64,000 bases of DNA, from assembly GCA_002269645.1 (NCBI GenBank), contig NIVC01003293.1, positions 119,012 to 183,011 on the forward strand. Direction: 5' to 3'. A model generated the notes under the pieces. That model was given only the letters and a program-made list of their open reading frames with translations, did no database searches and was not told where the DNA came from. Below, piece by piece: positions 12,971-34,815 of this stretch (position 1 is the stretch's first letter; the number at the start of each line of letters is the position of its first letter). This DNA comes from Macrostomum lignano (taxonomy: Eukaryota). A program made the translations under genes and the position numbers.

Positions 12971-13693
12971 GGCACAGTGGGTGTGAGTCGCAAGATAACC
13001 CCTCGGTTAATACTCGTATGTTGTGCATGACTTGTGGCACAGTGGGTGTGAGTCGCAAGATAACCCTCGGTTAATACTCGTATGTTGTGCATGACTTGTG
13101 GCACAGTGGGTGTGAGTCGCAAGATAACCCCTCGGTTAATACTCGTATGTTGTGCATGATTTGTGGCACAGTGGGTGTGAGTCGCAAGATAACCCCTCGG
13201 TTAATACTCGTATGTTGTGCATGACTTGTGGCACAGTGGGTGTGAGTCGCAAGATAACCCCTCGGTTAATACTCGTATGTTGTGCATGATTTGTGGCACA
13301 GTGGGTGTGAGTCGCAAGATAACCCCTCGGTTAATACTCGTATGTTGTGCATGATTTGTGGCACAGTGGGTGTGAGTCGCAAGATAACCCTCGGTTAATA
13401 CTCGTATGTTGTGCATGATTTGTGGCACAGTGGGTGTGAGTCGCAAGATAACTCCTCGGTTAATACTCGTATGTTGTGCATGATTTGTGGCACAGTGGGT
13501 GTGAGTCGCAAGATAACTCCTCGGTTAATACTCGTATGTTGTGCATGATTTGTGGCACAGTGGGTGTGAGTCGCAAGATAACTCCTCGGTTAATACTCGT
13601 ATGTTGTGCATGACTTGTGGCACAGTGGGTGAGTCGCAAGATAACTCCTCGGTTAATACTCGTATGTTGTGCATGACTTGTGGCACAGTGGCC
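12971..13693. repeat. 65-bp tandem minisatellite, ~11 copies
   Basis: Unit gtgggtgtgagtcgcaagataacccctcggttaatactcgtatgttgtgcatga(c/t)ttgtggcaca, with no spacers. Confidence 0.95.
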
Positions 13694-14542
13694 GCCCACT
13701 GAATAGAACCAGGGGTCGCAGCAACTCTTGCATTCTATGTGGGTAAACTGCTTTTGTGATGCAAAGGTAAAAGCCAAATTGATGGTCTGTGAGTGCAGCA
13801 GAGGTCACGAGGGAGAGGGCTGCAGTGTCAGGCCAGGGCGGGTGACTTGGAAGAGAAAACCACCGAGTGCTACACTGGCACGGTTGTGTAATCGTGCATG
13901 AGTTCAATATTTACAGTATGAGTCATAGCTCCTACGAGCGTACATAGGCATACGAAATTAGAAACATACTAATCTACGGGGGGTTGCTGCCATTGAAAAA
14001 TGATTTAAAACGATTGAAAATTTCTAATCAAAGTTTTCTTTTTAAGTTCCTGTACTGCGAGTGACGGAAGTAAGGACTGTTTGATTGACAGCACTGAAAA
14101 GAGGAGATGCTGCTCATAAAGAGATGAATTGAATTAAATGCAGCTATTGACTGTCTTCGTTTGTCAATTAATACCTGTGCAGTTGTTGAGCTCTGCTTTA
14201 GGCTCAATCTCAGCTCTAACCTGAGAATGTTGAAGTATTTGATAATAAGACACAAAATGCAGGTCATTCAGGTTTTTGAAGCTTCTAATGACTGGGCGTT
14301 TCCTTACTTGAGTAACCTTTAAGAAGTAGCGCAATTGGAAACCAGCAAGAGATACGCAAAGATGTAGTCTCAAACTTCATCAGAGTTCTTTATGTCATTG
14401 TATCTAATGGCTTATTTTCTGTTCAATTCTACGAAGTAGCAAAAATATAATCGGACTTTTGTGTCTCACTGTCTCGTGCTAATCAGTGCTAATTCGTAAC
14501 AAATAACCATGCAGTACTAACCAGTATCAAATTAGCCCAGTA

Positions 14543-14937
14543 GGGGTTGTAGCCTTGTGATTTGATCGTTGGACTCACGACTGAAAGGTCGGGGGTTCGA
14601 TTCTCGACCCACTCTAAAATATTTGTGTCATAGAGCAACACACTTAACTCTGCATTGCTTCAGTTCACCCAGCTGTAAAATGGGTGCCAGCATTAGCTGG
14701 GGTAATTGAGGGTGTGTGGCGACCCCCCCCCCCAGTCCTTGGACTGAACAGCCGTACGCAGCCTTCAGTTGTGTCGCACAGTAGCTGCGGCTGAGCTGTC
14801 GGTTGAACATCTGGCCTCGCAATAAGGCCAGGCTCGAACCTCTCGTGCCAACTGTTTCCACTTCGTTTCGGCTTTGTCAAAGGCTGAATTTGTCTTGATA
14901 TGGTATGAGAACTCCAACAGCAGCAGTAGCAGCACTT
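14543..14937 (+). mobile_element. tRNA-derived SINE with CORE-like central domain
   Basis: tRNA-like head with B box GGTTCGATT (~14594), followed by gcaacacacttaactctgcattgcttcagttcacccagctgtaaaatggg, which aligns by eye with the MIR CORE consensus. The tail is (CAG)n-like. Confidence 0.65.
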
Positions 14938-15128
14938 AGCAAACAGTAATGACTAGTCTTAACGAGACGAAGACAGGGCGTTTTTTACGACTCAGTTTAA
15001 GTACTGTCAGTCAGTAGTCTCGTCATGAGCAATGTTATGTTAAAGACTAATTCTAAAGCACTCCAATCTCACTTGTCCAATAGGGGGAAACGGTTATTTT
15101 TGGCTCTCTTCATGACTCAGCAGAGGGC

Positions 15129-15135
15129 TATAAAA
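15129..15135 (+). promoter_or_regulatory. TATA box of ADAM-B
   Basis: TATAAAA 81 bp upstream of ATG 15210. Paralog D has TATAAATA (45544) upstream of its ATG. Confidence 0.55.
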
Positions 15136-15209
15136 GAGACTGTCCACTGCACTCGACCAGTTGAGAGATTGTAATACTGGAACAACTGAATTTTTTGATA
15201 CATTTTCGC

Positions 15210-21653
<6,444 letters not shown>

Positions 21654-21985
21654 GCGAGTAGTTCTGGAATTGAAATCAATATTTCACTGAACACAATGCA
21701 AATCTGACAGTTAGAATAGAATATTTAAGCAGATTTAAATGCCATTTATATTTTTGTACCGGAATATTTAAAAAACATTTTTTGCAACTGGCCGGAAATT
21801 TTGCTGGAGGCTTTCGTTGCAAAATGCATTGGCGAGAGAAAAAAATTCAGTTTTTAGGACTACGTCGTAAATTAGCAATGTGTCACCATCTGGACTTCCC
21901 CTAGCAGAAGCGTCTTTGTGCTTCAGTTGTCTGTGCTGTTCTACTGTATACCGAATTGCAGACAGATTAAATATACAGAGCCTCT

Positions 21986-22445
21986 CAGGTAGAGTTGCTT
22001 GCTTTGCAAATAATGTGAATAAAAAACCCACAATCAACATTTGTAAGTCGACGCGTTTCGCGTGACGCAAAAAATTGATGAGTAAATAATTATTCTGCAC
22101 ATTATTATTGATGAATAATTATCGACCCATGTACATCTGACCATAAAATTGAGATTCTTTAGGCCATGCACATAAAAGCTTTGTCCCCCAACCTCAACAC
22201 TCAACTCCAACATAGTGGCGCAGGCCATGTTCTCCGTGATTTTTAAGTTTTGAGAGAGAACGCCGACTACGGACTGCACTGCTCTGCCAAAGTCTCCGTC
22301 CGTGTGCCATCAATTTTTTGCGTCACATAAAAAAATATTATCGTTAGCTTCGGTTTTTTTCGTTCTAATAAAATAAACCTGAAGATGCACCCCGGAGTGC
22401 GAAACGCGTCGACTTGCAAGTGTTGACTGTTGGTTTTTTATTCAC
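21986..22445 (+). mobile_element. 5'-truncated, 5'-inverted Penelope-like insertion (460 bp) with hammerhead and 11-bp TSD
   Basis: TSD ACAGAGCCTCT at 21975-21985 and 22446-22456. The paralogous site 32739-32749 is empty. Internal GIY-YIG C-terminal remnant (AMHIK...PNLNTQLQHSGAGHVLRDF*). The 3' tail is duplicated in inverse orientation at ~22015-22060. Confidence 0.85.
22379..22410 (+). ncRNA. Minimal type-I hammerhead ribozyme motif
   Basis: CTGAAGA-T-GCAC(CCCGGA)GTGC-GAAAC-GC-GTC: canonical core, palindromic stem III (ACGCGT) and a GUC cleavage triplet. Confidence 0.75.
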
Positions 22446-23818
22446 ACAGAGCCTCTAACGAGTTTTCCAAAATCAAATCTATGAAGTAAAAATCGCTAAG
22501 AGATATGCGTCTCCATAAATCAATCTGAAACTTAATGCAAGCAGGGATTAATTACAGTATGTTTATGTAATGCCGTCGCTTCCGACTCTTTGATGACTAC
22601 TGCTGCTGCCTACTAACTCTCCCTCTGGCTGTCCTTAACAACTTGCACGGCAGGTAGCTGGCCTGAGTGGTCTAGCACTATGGTCCGAGAACCCTCGCTT
22701 AGTCTCTATCAGGTTACAATTAGATATTAAACTGAGTTGGTAGTTGGGTTGCTGCCACCTTGTAGGTCTACAGGTGTCGAATAGACAATAAACTAAAACT
22801 AACAATATGTGATTGGTGGTGCAGAAAGGAAGGAGGGGAAAGAAGTGAAGGACCTAAGCCGCGGGTTGAAGTTGTATTTATACTAACAATGATGAACAGG
22901 CCAGCCAAATTGTCTGTGGTAAATGAACGGTTACGATAGTCTGTGGGAAAGGCATGGTAGACAAAGGGAGACGGCTAACTGAAAAGTACAAGGTAATAGA
23001 AAGTACAAATATTTGGAGGATGTAAATCCGACAACAGGTAATATCCTTGACAGGCTATCCCTAGGTAGGCCTACTGTAAGTAGAAAATAAATAAGACAAG
23101 GCAAGTCAGTTAAACGTTTATTAATGTGAGTAACGGTCACAGGCCGATCCTAAATTATCGTTCAATTGCTCAGCTGGTGTCGCAGTAACCAGCCCTAAGC
23201 CTTATTAGGTGTCAATTTGATGTTGCCCCATAGCGTAGGTTGTAGGCCTTGAGACCAGACGGGTCCAGACGGTGTTGAAGGTCTGGCGTGCTGTCGACAC
23301 AATAGCCTGCGGCAGTCTTAATGAGCAATGGCAGCTGCTAGGTTATCCCTAGGAAAAGCGTCTAGCGAATCTGCCTAAGCTAGTCCGTCTAGGAAAAGCA
23401 TCTAGGAATACTAGCTCTTGCTCGAAGCCAAGCAGGCGGTCTCCGAACGGATGGTCTCTTTTGGGCCCTCACCTACTCCGTATTTATACTAAAATCTGGG
23501 GCGGGCTCAGGGCCAATAGAAAGCTCAGAATCAGTTCCGTGGCAGATCTCGAGGCAGTTCCGTGGACTACCCGGAGCCAGGAACGATCTCGGAGATGTCC
23601 ATAAGACATCTGCCTCATCACGAGTGCTCCGCATGGCCTACTGGTACACTGCTTACATGTTGCAGCATGCAAGGAGTGCAACCAAGACCCCACGAGAGCC
23701 TACCCCGGGCGGAGAGCTATGCTCTCGTTCCCGCAGACTAACAGAGACTGTACTAAGGGAGAAATATCCCACTGACTAACATTCTATTTTTAGCCCATTG
23801 CAGCCTGCGCCAGGGCTC

Positions 23819-26720
<2,902 letters not shown>

Positions 26721-27211
26721 TGGCACTGAAGAAGATCAGCTGCATTCTTGTTCTAGCAAAGAGCTACTTAAAGAGAAAAGAAAAATGATAAACATACTGT
26801 AAATAATCCTTGCTTGCATTACGCTCGAAGCTGTACATCATCAACTTGTCGAAACGGCTTTCTTGGTAAAGAGAATTATTGCAACATCATGATTAAAATC
26901 TGAATACCTTCAAAAGATTATGTTTAGTATTCGCCGAAAACATACTCTTGAATCTTCAATTCAGGAATAAATGAGATGTAATATTCGAGGGGAAAAAACA
27001 GCCAAAATTTCTTTCATGTTTTACATCCTGCGAAAAATGAATTGAATGGAATCTGAAATAGAAAAATTAAATATCGATGAGCACTTTTAGTCACGAATTT
27101 GCTGATTAGAGTTTTTTTGAAGCTTACTTGAAGTAGTTAGCTCAATGTTCATAGCAATGAATTAAAAACTGTAATATCAATTAAATGATAGAGTTCCAAC
27201 GGCTTGAGAGT

Positions 27212-27487
27212 TCAGAGATACCTCGGCAGCGGCCGCTCGGGCCAGGCCTGATGCGAGGGCAAGGTGTACCCAGGTGGGGTGTACCCAGGCGGGGTGTACC
27301 CAGGCGGGGTGTACCCAGGCGGGGTGTACCCAGGCGGGGTGTACCCAGGCGGGGTGTACCCAGGCGGGGTGTACCCAGGCGGGGTGTACCCAGGCGGGGT
27401 GTACCCAGGCGGGGTGTACCCAGGCGGGGTGTACCCAGGCGGGGTGTACCCAGGCGGGGTGTACCCAGGCGGGGTGTACCCAGTCAT
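27212..27487 (-). pseudogene. Orphan inverted copy of the ADAM-A-type terminal exon, expanded into (PPGYT)x~15
   Basis: Minus strand ...YTLPSHQAWPERPLPRYL* vs ADAM-A ...YTLPSPQAWPEREYTMNMPRYF*. The downstream flank also matches ADAM-A's 3' flank. The 15-bp unit cctgggtacaccccg spans ~27260-27483. An in-frame stop lies just upstream and no usable acceptor was seen. Confidence 0.75.
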
Positions 27488-27573
27488 TCAGAAAATTTTC
27501 CGATTGAATTCTTTTTGACTGGTAGAGATTAATAAACACCCTCTACCAGGTCGCTCCTTATTGCTTGGCATGG

Positions 27574-27900
27574 ACAGAGAAGCCACCCACCTCACTCTAA
27601 TCACTTCTCATAGGCTAATATGAATAGAGAAGCCACTTGCCTCACCCCAGTCGCTTCTTATTGGCTTTACTAAATAGAGAAGTCACCCAACTCACTCCAG
27701 TCACTTTTCATTGGCTGAGATGAATAGAGAAGCCACTTGCCTCACCCCAGTCGCTTCTTATTGGCTTTACTAAATAGAGAAGTCACCCACCTCACTCTAA
27801 TCACTTCTCATAGGCTAATATGAATAGAGAAGCCACTTGCCTCACCCCAGTCGCTTCTTATTGGCTTTACTAAATAGAGAAGCCACCCACCTCACTCCAG
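27574..27900. repeat. 50-bp minisatellite (two alternating variants), ~6.5 copies
   Basis: aatagagaag recurs at 27623, 27673, 27723, 27773, 27823 and 27873. Confidence 0.9.
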
Positions 27901-27907
27901 ACGAATA

Positions 27908-30900
27908 GGAATCCTTCAGTGCCCAGGACTTTGACGGCGGCAAAACCCTCGGTTTAGCCTGGCTAAGGGCTACCTGCAATAAGTTAATCTCGTGCGGATT
28001 GGTTTATGTGAGTACAGGCTCGTACCTGTTGCTTTCTTACTACCTGGTTGAGAGTTACAAACCAACACAGAAGACAAGTTTGCACGAACTTCTCCGGTGC
28101 AGGACAAGTACCCGGAAGAGATCTCCACCGCTCTGGTTCTGACCCACGAGATCGGGCACAACCTCGGCTTCGAGCACATGCAGGACTTCCCTGCGTGCCA
28201 GTGCAATCGGTCGTCAACCGGCTGCATAATGAACTCTTATCTCGCGTCTGCGACTCGGTGAGTGTAGAAATTTAACAGTTTACAGAAATTTGAACAGCTG
28301 TGAGCTGGTATCGATTTTACAATCGATTTCCCATGCTCCACCCCAGCATGGAAGCTCTGGGCTGGTCATCCTGCTCCTTGGACGCCTGGAGCTCGCAAGC
28401 CAGCGAGACAGACCGACACAAACAGACACAGACAGACACAGACAGACACACAGAGACACAAACAGACACAGACAGACACAGACAGACACAGAAAGACACA
28501 GACAGACACAGACAGACACAGACAGACACAGACAGACACAGACAGACACAGACAGACACAGACGCAGGCAGACACAGACAGACACAGACTGACACAGACA
28601 GACACACAGAGGCACAAACAGACACAGACGCAGGCAGACACAGACAGACACAGACAGACACAGACAGACACAGACAGACACAGACAGACGCAGGCAGACA
28701 CAGACAGACACAGACAGACACAGACAGACACACAGACAGACACAGACAGACACAGACGCAGGCAGACACAGACAGACAAAGACAGACACAGACAGACACA
28801 CAGACAGACACAGACAGACACAGACGCAGGCAGACACAGACAGACACAGACAGACACAGACAGACACAGACAGACACAGACAGACACAGACAGACACAGA
28901 CAGACACAGACAGACACAGACGCAGGCAGACACAGACAGACACAGACTGACACAGACAGACACACAGAGGCACAAACAGACACAGACGCAGGCAGACACA
29001 GACAGACACAGACAGACACAGACAGACACAGACAGACACAGACAGACACAGACAGACGCAGGCAGACACAGACAGACACAGACAGACACAGACAGACACA
29101 CAGACAGACACAGCCAGACACAGACGCAGGCAGACACAGACAGACAAAGACAGACACAGACAGACACACAGACAGACACAGACAGACACAGACGCAGGCA
29201 GACACAGACAGACACAGACAGACACAGACAGACACAGACAGACACAGACAGACACAGACAGACACACAGACAGACACAGACAGACACAGACGCAGGCAGA
29301 CACAGACAGACACAGACAGACACAGACAGACACAGACAGACACAGACAGACACAGACAGACACACAGACAGACACAGACAGACACAGACGCAGGCAGACA
29401 CAGACAGACACAGACAGACACAGACAGACACACAGACAGCGAATGCTTCACGAGGCTGAACGTCGAAAGCGAGTACTTAAAATATTTTTTTACATCAATG
29501 AACTGGTTCTGATTTCGTAATTTCTATAACTGAATTTGTTTTCTCACTGTGAGGCGCACGCCAGGTAGGAAAAGGTTGGCGTAGTTGAATCCGAGACTGA
29601 TAAGTTCGTAAGCCGCATGTGGCAGTGGCCGTAGTACTCGCTTTCGACGTTCAGCCTGGTGAAGCATTCACTGTCTGCGCTTCTGGCTGCGGAAGAGAAC
29701 AGCCGCTGGCACTGGGCGGTTGAGGACCTGCACTGTCCTTTGTAGCAGAAGGCCTGGAGAACAGCGAGCGGTCGGAAAAGGTTAGTATAATGTTGTAGGC
29801 CCAATTTAAATTCTCGCGTCACTATGGAAACATAACTCGGAAAAGAGTTTTTGTTTAAATGAATCTGGTCCCCCACCCCAATCTTATTATAAATACACGG
29901 GAGTTTTGCGCCCAGAGAGGGAACCGAGTTCCGACCGAGACTTTTCAGTTAGATCTTTGGTTCATAGGCGAATTGCCTATAAAATTGAAGAAGTGTTCCA
30001 AGCCTTCCTTCATTTGCTAGAAAAGCTAAGAGCGAATGCTCATTGGACAGAAAGTAGAAATTACCAAGAGCAAGAGACGAATAGTCTAAAAGCCAATTGC
30101 GTACTTGCAAAGAGCAGAGGCGTAGCCAGCCAATAGAAAGGGGAGATATCCCAATAGAAATATTCGAACTGAACAACCAATGGGAAGTCGTATATGACAA
30201 GAGCAAATCCGTAAGAGGAAATTGAAACTCACCGGGCAACCTCGATCCACTGGAGGACGCTGCTTTAGGACTTAGTCATCCCCCCTCTCTCCCTAGCTAA
30301 ACAGTGTCTTGCCGCTCGGGCACTGCGCGCTACCAGGGCAATCCGTGCTTACGTGAAAGCCCATAATCTTAACTCCGTGACACCGTATTTTAATAGTCCA
30401 CAACGAACCTAATAGCTAAATTTATGAAATTCTAGAATTATAGCAAATTTTATCCTAATACAACATGGTGATTGCGGTAAAATTTAGAGAATAATAATGG
30501 TCCCCTACAACAACTTGGTGACAGCTGTAGAATTGTGAATAGGCAGAGGAATTCCCCTACAACAACTTGGTGGCACAGCGAGATAAAATACAATAATAGT
30601 AAAGAGGCCTACAACAATAATGCTTTTGTTACTAGTACGTACCTCACTTTTGAAGGTGATGTGAGTTACAAAATTATTAATGTAAAAAAATATTACATCA
30701 ATAGAAATTACGAAATCAGGACCAGTTTATTTAATGTAAAAAAATATTTTTAGTATGGAGCTTTTAGTAAGTCAGTTGGCTTACTAGGAGAGTATTTATC
30801 TTCAAATTAATTTTCGAGTACAGAAGATCTATGAGTACTAAAATAGGGTTCTTTGCTGCGCAGGAACGGAACAAAGCAGGCACAGGAAATTCAAGAACAC

Positions 30901-32461
30901 GGGCTCATGCTTTGTTGCGCACTTCGACCACATGTTTCGGCATCAGCTCCGACTTCGCTGGTCACTGACCTTCACCCAGGCGGAGCTTCTGGACCTTCAA
31001 CAGATGGTACCAGGTGACCATGGATACCCTGTTGCGAAATAACTTTAAAAAATGGCAACCTCAACTGCTGGACATCCTCAGCCAGTCTCTCAAGTAGTCT
31101 GTAGTCATCCAGACGCCGTTGGCTCCTTTAAAGGGTGACAAAAAAGTGATCAAGGACGCCCAATTTCATTTCTGAAGCTCGTAAAACTTCTGCGCATAAA
31201 GGTGGCTTTAATTAAGTTTAACCTTTCATTTCATTAAGTTTAACCTTTTTAACCTTTCAAACGAAACCTCAGAAAACGTAAAAACTGCTAAAACAATCAA
31301 AATCAAAATAAAATTAGTGCGAAGGTATGACAGCTGCTACTGTACACTCGACAGAAGCTATTACTTACATGTGGACGAAATTGTTTCTGATCGTAATAAA
31401 TTCTTTCTCAATTTCATGTGCCGCCTGCGTATCAACTTTTTAAAATCCTGCTCAGGTGTCCATAGTCCCCCGATGCCACCCGATGAAGGTGTCGACGGCG
31501 TCGAGGTAATGACGGAACGCTTGCGAGACTAGCTGAGAATGTCCAGCAGTTGAGGTTTGCCCACCGTCGATCCTTGATTAGCGAAACTAGAGACATTTGC
31601 AATATAAAGTGTACACAGTCCCCTGATACCACCTATTGAATGTCTGGAAGCTCCACCTGGATTAAGGCCAGTGACCAACGAAGTCAGAGCTGATGCAGAC
31701 ACATGTGGTCGACTTACTGATGAAATTTGGAGGCTTGACAAGGCTGCAGTGAGGCGCAGTGCTGATTGGCACACAGGGGGGGGGGCATTGAATACTCTTC
31801 TAGGAAAAGCCGACGAACGTTCGTACAAGATAAAACCAGGCAAGTCATTTTTGAACCCAAAACCAACCCGTAGATGTGCGTGAATTCGACCTGCACGCTG
31901 TTAAGCACGGTGCGCGCCTGCAGTTCATGTCCTGACTGCGGCGCCAACGGGGTGCTCACTACAGGCAGCGTCTGCTTCTGCAATCCGGGCTTCGCTCCGC
32001 CAAACTGTTCCACTGTAGGCTGCGGCGGCTCCGTGACGTCACCGCTGACCTGTTCCGGTGAGTATGCCGATGCAGCTCCAAACGCAATACCTTTGAAGAG
32101 CAAACAGAAGCATTTTAATTTCCTCATTTGATTTATAGGACCTGTGGGCACTACAGCGACACCGACTCGTGCATGGACAACTGCCACCACTGGCACAACT
32201 GCCAAGACAGATGCGACTGCCACCACTGGCACTGCCAAGACAGATGCGACTGCCACCACTGGCACAACTGCCACCACTGGCACAACTGCCACCACTGACA
32301 CAACATTTCTTCTGCAAAGATTCACACTCAATCCCGATGGTGGAGTGAACTGTGGCGATCAGTTAGGCGCAGCCATCAGCTCAATTATTTTCATGACATT
32401 GTCGACACTGACAATCATGATGAAGCGAGTAGTTCTGGAATTGAAATCAATATTTCACTGA
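27908..32461 (+). pseudogene. ADAM paralog C (B-type), rearranged pseudogene
   Basis: Exon 7 (27920-28007) and exon 8 (28103-28257, HEIGHNLGFEH intact). Exon 9 is cut at 28409. Exon 10 is absent. Exon 11 is inverted (29753->29548) with a forward fragment at 29433-29476. Exon 12 is absent. Exon 13 is 31874-32057 and exon 14 is 32139-32461, where a 10-nt deletion removes the stop. Exons 1-6 are absent. Confidence 0.88.
28405..29437. repeat. Compound (ACAG/ACACAG)n microsatellite expansion
   Basis: About 1 kb of cagacagaca/cagacgcagg units. A ~100-bp version exists in ADAM-B intron 9 (17545-17645). Confidence 0.95.
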
Positions 32462-34815
32462 ACACAATGCAAATCTGACAGTTAGAATCCAATATTTAAA
32501 CAGATTTAAATGCCATTTATATTTTTGTACCGGATTATTTAAAAAACATTTTTTGCAACTGGCCAGAAACTTTGCTGGAGGCTTTCGTTGCAAAATGCAT
32601 TGGTGAGACAAAAAAATTCAGTTTTTAGGACTAAATTTCCAATGTGTCACCCTCTGGACTTCCCCTAGCAGAAGCGTCTTTGTGCTTCAGTTGTCTATGC
32701 TGCTCTACTGCACACCGAATTGCAGACAGATTAAATATACAGAGCCTCTAACGAGTTTTCCAAAACAAATCGATGAAGTAAAACTGGGTATGCGACAGTG
32801 TGGTTCGTAGAAGGCATGTATCAAAGCTCGTATCGTATTTCCTTATTTCGCACTCATACCGTACTACTTGTAATCCTTCATTCATTTCAACAATATTCTA
32901 TACGTATTAATATTGCGCTTATGTTACTTTTGTATCTGTAGTTATTGGTCGCCTCGCATGTATTTATTCTATTATTTTTATTTCATGCATATCGTGTTAC
33001 TTCTCGTAAAGTAGTTCCTATTTATGTACATGTATTTAGTTTACAGTATTCTAGCACGAGTTTGTACAGTTCGCTTGGGGGGGTTGCCTGATTAGGCCTG
33101 TTTATCAATTGTTATCATGTTTACATGTACATTATACTCGTAAATATACGCTTGCAGTCAGCGGCCGCTTTCTCACTTCTTCTCTGCTCGCGGGTCCTTA
33201 GCCGTCTGGCTTTTCCTCGCCCTCACAAGTTTACCCTTCCGCCGCCTACTTCGGCCCACCAATCAGCAGGGTCTCGACCGGCCTTCGCAAGGCGCAACCA
33301 GAGCTCATTGGATTAAAGCCCATTAAAGTACCCACTTACAATTACGCTAGTGTGAATTCGGCTGCTGAGCTGGATCGTAGACTTAATCAAATTAGTTAAT
33401 AAATTAACCGCTACACCAGAAAAGTCTTCCGCCGTAATCGTCACAGCTAAGAGGGACGCGTCTCGATAAATCAATCTGAAACTTTTAGGAAGCGATGACA
33501 AAAATATTAATGACGTTGAGACCTGACAAAGAATAACGAAATTGTAACAAACAGCTTGTAATTTATTTGATCGCGGATCGCGGACATTCGAGGAAAAATT
33601 TATTGGTCCTCAAGATAAAGCCAATAATCCCAATTGTAATTGACTTAAGGGAACGCGAAAAAGTTAGATCTTGGTGCTTATAGCAGTGTTTTTTTGCATT
33701 GTTTAGCAATTTGACGATCATTATTCACATTTTTTATGCAGAACAATACATTACTACAAACAATGCATTGTTTTTAGGACCTTCAAACAGAAAAAAATGC
33801 AAAGAATCAGCGGTCGCAGCACGTGACAACGATTAGTCTATGGCTCGCGCTTACCGGCGCTCGCCAGACAATCGTTGTCACGCACTGGGACCGCTGATTA
33901 TTTATCCATGGTTGCTCGAGGGTTGCTGTAATAATTATTAAATGTAATTTTGAGTGACTGCTTTATTCTACTTACCTTGTACTTACTCTCTCTCTCTCTC
34001 TCTCTCGGAAAAAATGAGTTGGTTTGCTATGTCATGGTGACCCATATTATAACGTCCATGACTGGCAAGAATTTTAAGCACATTTTTTCGAAACTGGCTT
34101 ATAAAATGTGTAAATATCTGCTTATATTATCAATCAAAACCTGCTTTGACAATAAGACACTAGTCACAGAGATAGACTATAAATAGATGCCCTGACACCA
34201 GGGCACTCTAGTCACAAAAATAGGAATTCAAAATGTAGACAATCAATAGAATGTTGTAGGATTTTGCTTTGCTACTTACTGATGGAACTAGTAAGTAGAA
34301 TGCCAGGACCTGTGCGTCAATAAATATAGTTTGGGGTCCCTGCAGCGCGTCCTCCGCGCCCTATTTTAGGAAACACTGACTGGGTGCTAATGGATATTAA
34401 ATATTGGCTAGGATGATTCCCTCGGTAAATACATACAGTGTAGTTTCTCATATTTGATCGGCAAAAACTGATGAGAGGGACTCCAGGCCAGGTACTGCGA
34501 GATTTTCTCGATATACTGACTGTTTGGCAAGGCAATTAATCACACAGAGGCAACGTTTCTGCTTGCGGGCCGTTCCCGTGCAAACATAGCTAGCAGCTAG
34601 TTGATGACTTCTCTGAACTCCTCGGCTGGCCAATTACTGAATGGGACAGCTGGGGGTCGTCTGGTTGATGCAGCATCGGAGTTAGGAAAATTCCTGCATT
34701 TATTGACAGGCGGCAATGCAGATAAAAGTGAGAAAATTTTGTGGACTTTGCGAATTCGGCCTGAGCCCATAATCTAAGGCAGCTCTGATCGCACGCAGCC
34801 CAGTCTGCAAGCAAA

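Noticed and set aside
12971-13693. CRISPR-like array
   Set aside because: The units are contiguous 65-bp repeats with no unique spacers, the context is eukaryotic and there are no cas genes.
23130-23750. Possible LINE RT relic (minus strand, DLQHRLD-like)
   Set aside because: Only one weak motif among stops; not supportable without a search.
28280-29451. Long Cys/Val- or Thr/Asp/Gln-rich ORFs
   Set aside because: These are translations of an (ACAG)n-type microsatellite, open in several frames on both strands.
34186-34212. Hairpin tgccctg-acac-cagggca followed by CTAG|T as another Helitron 3' end
   Set aside because: The hairpin is only 2 nt from CTAG, and no matching 5' end or family homology was found upstream.
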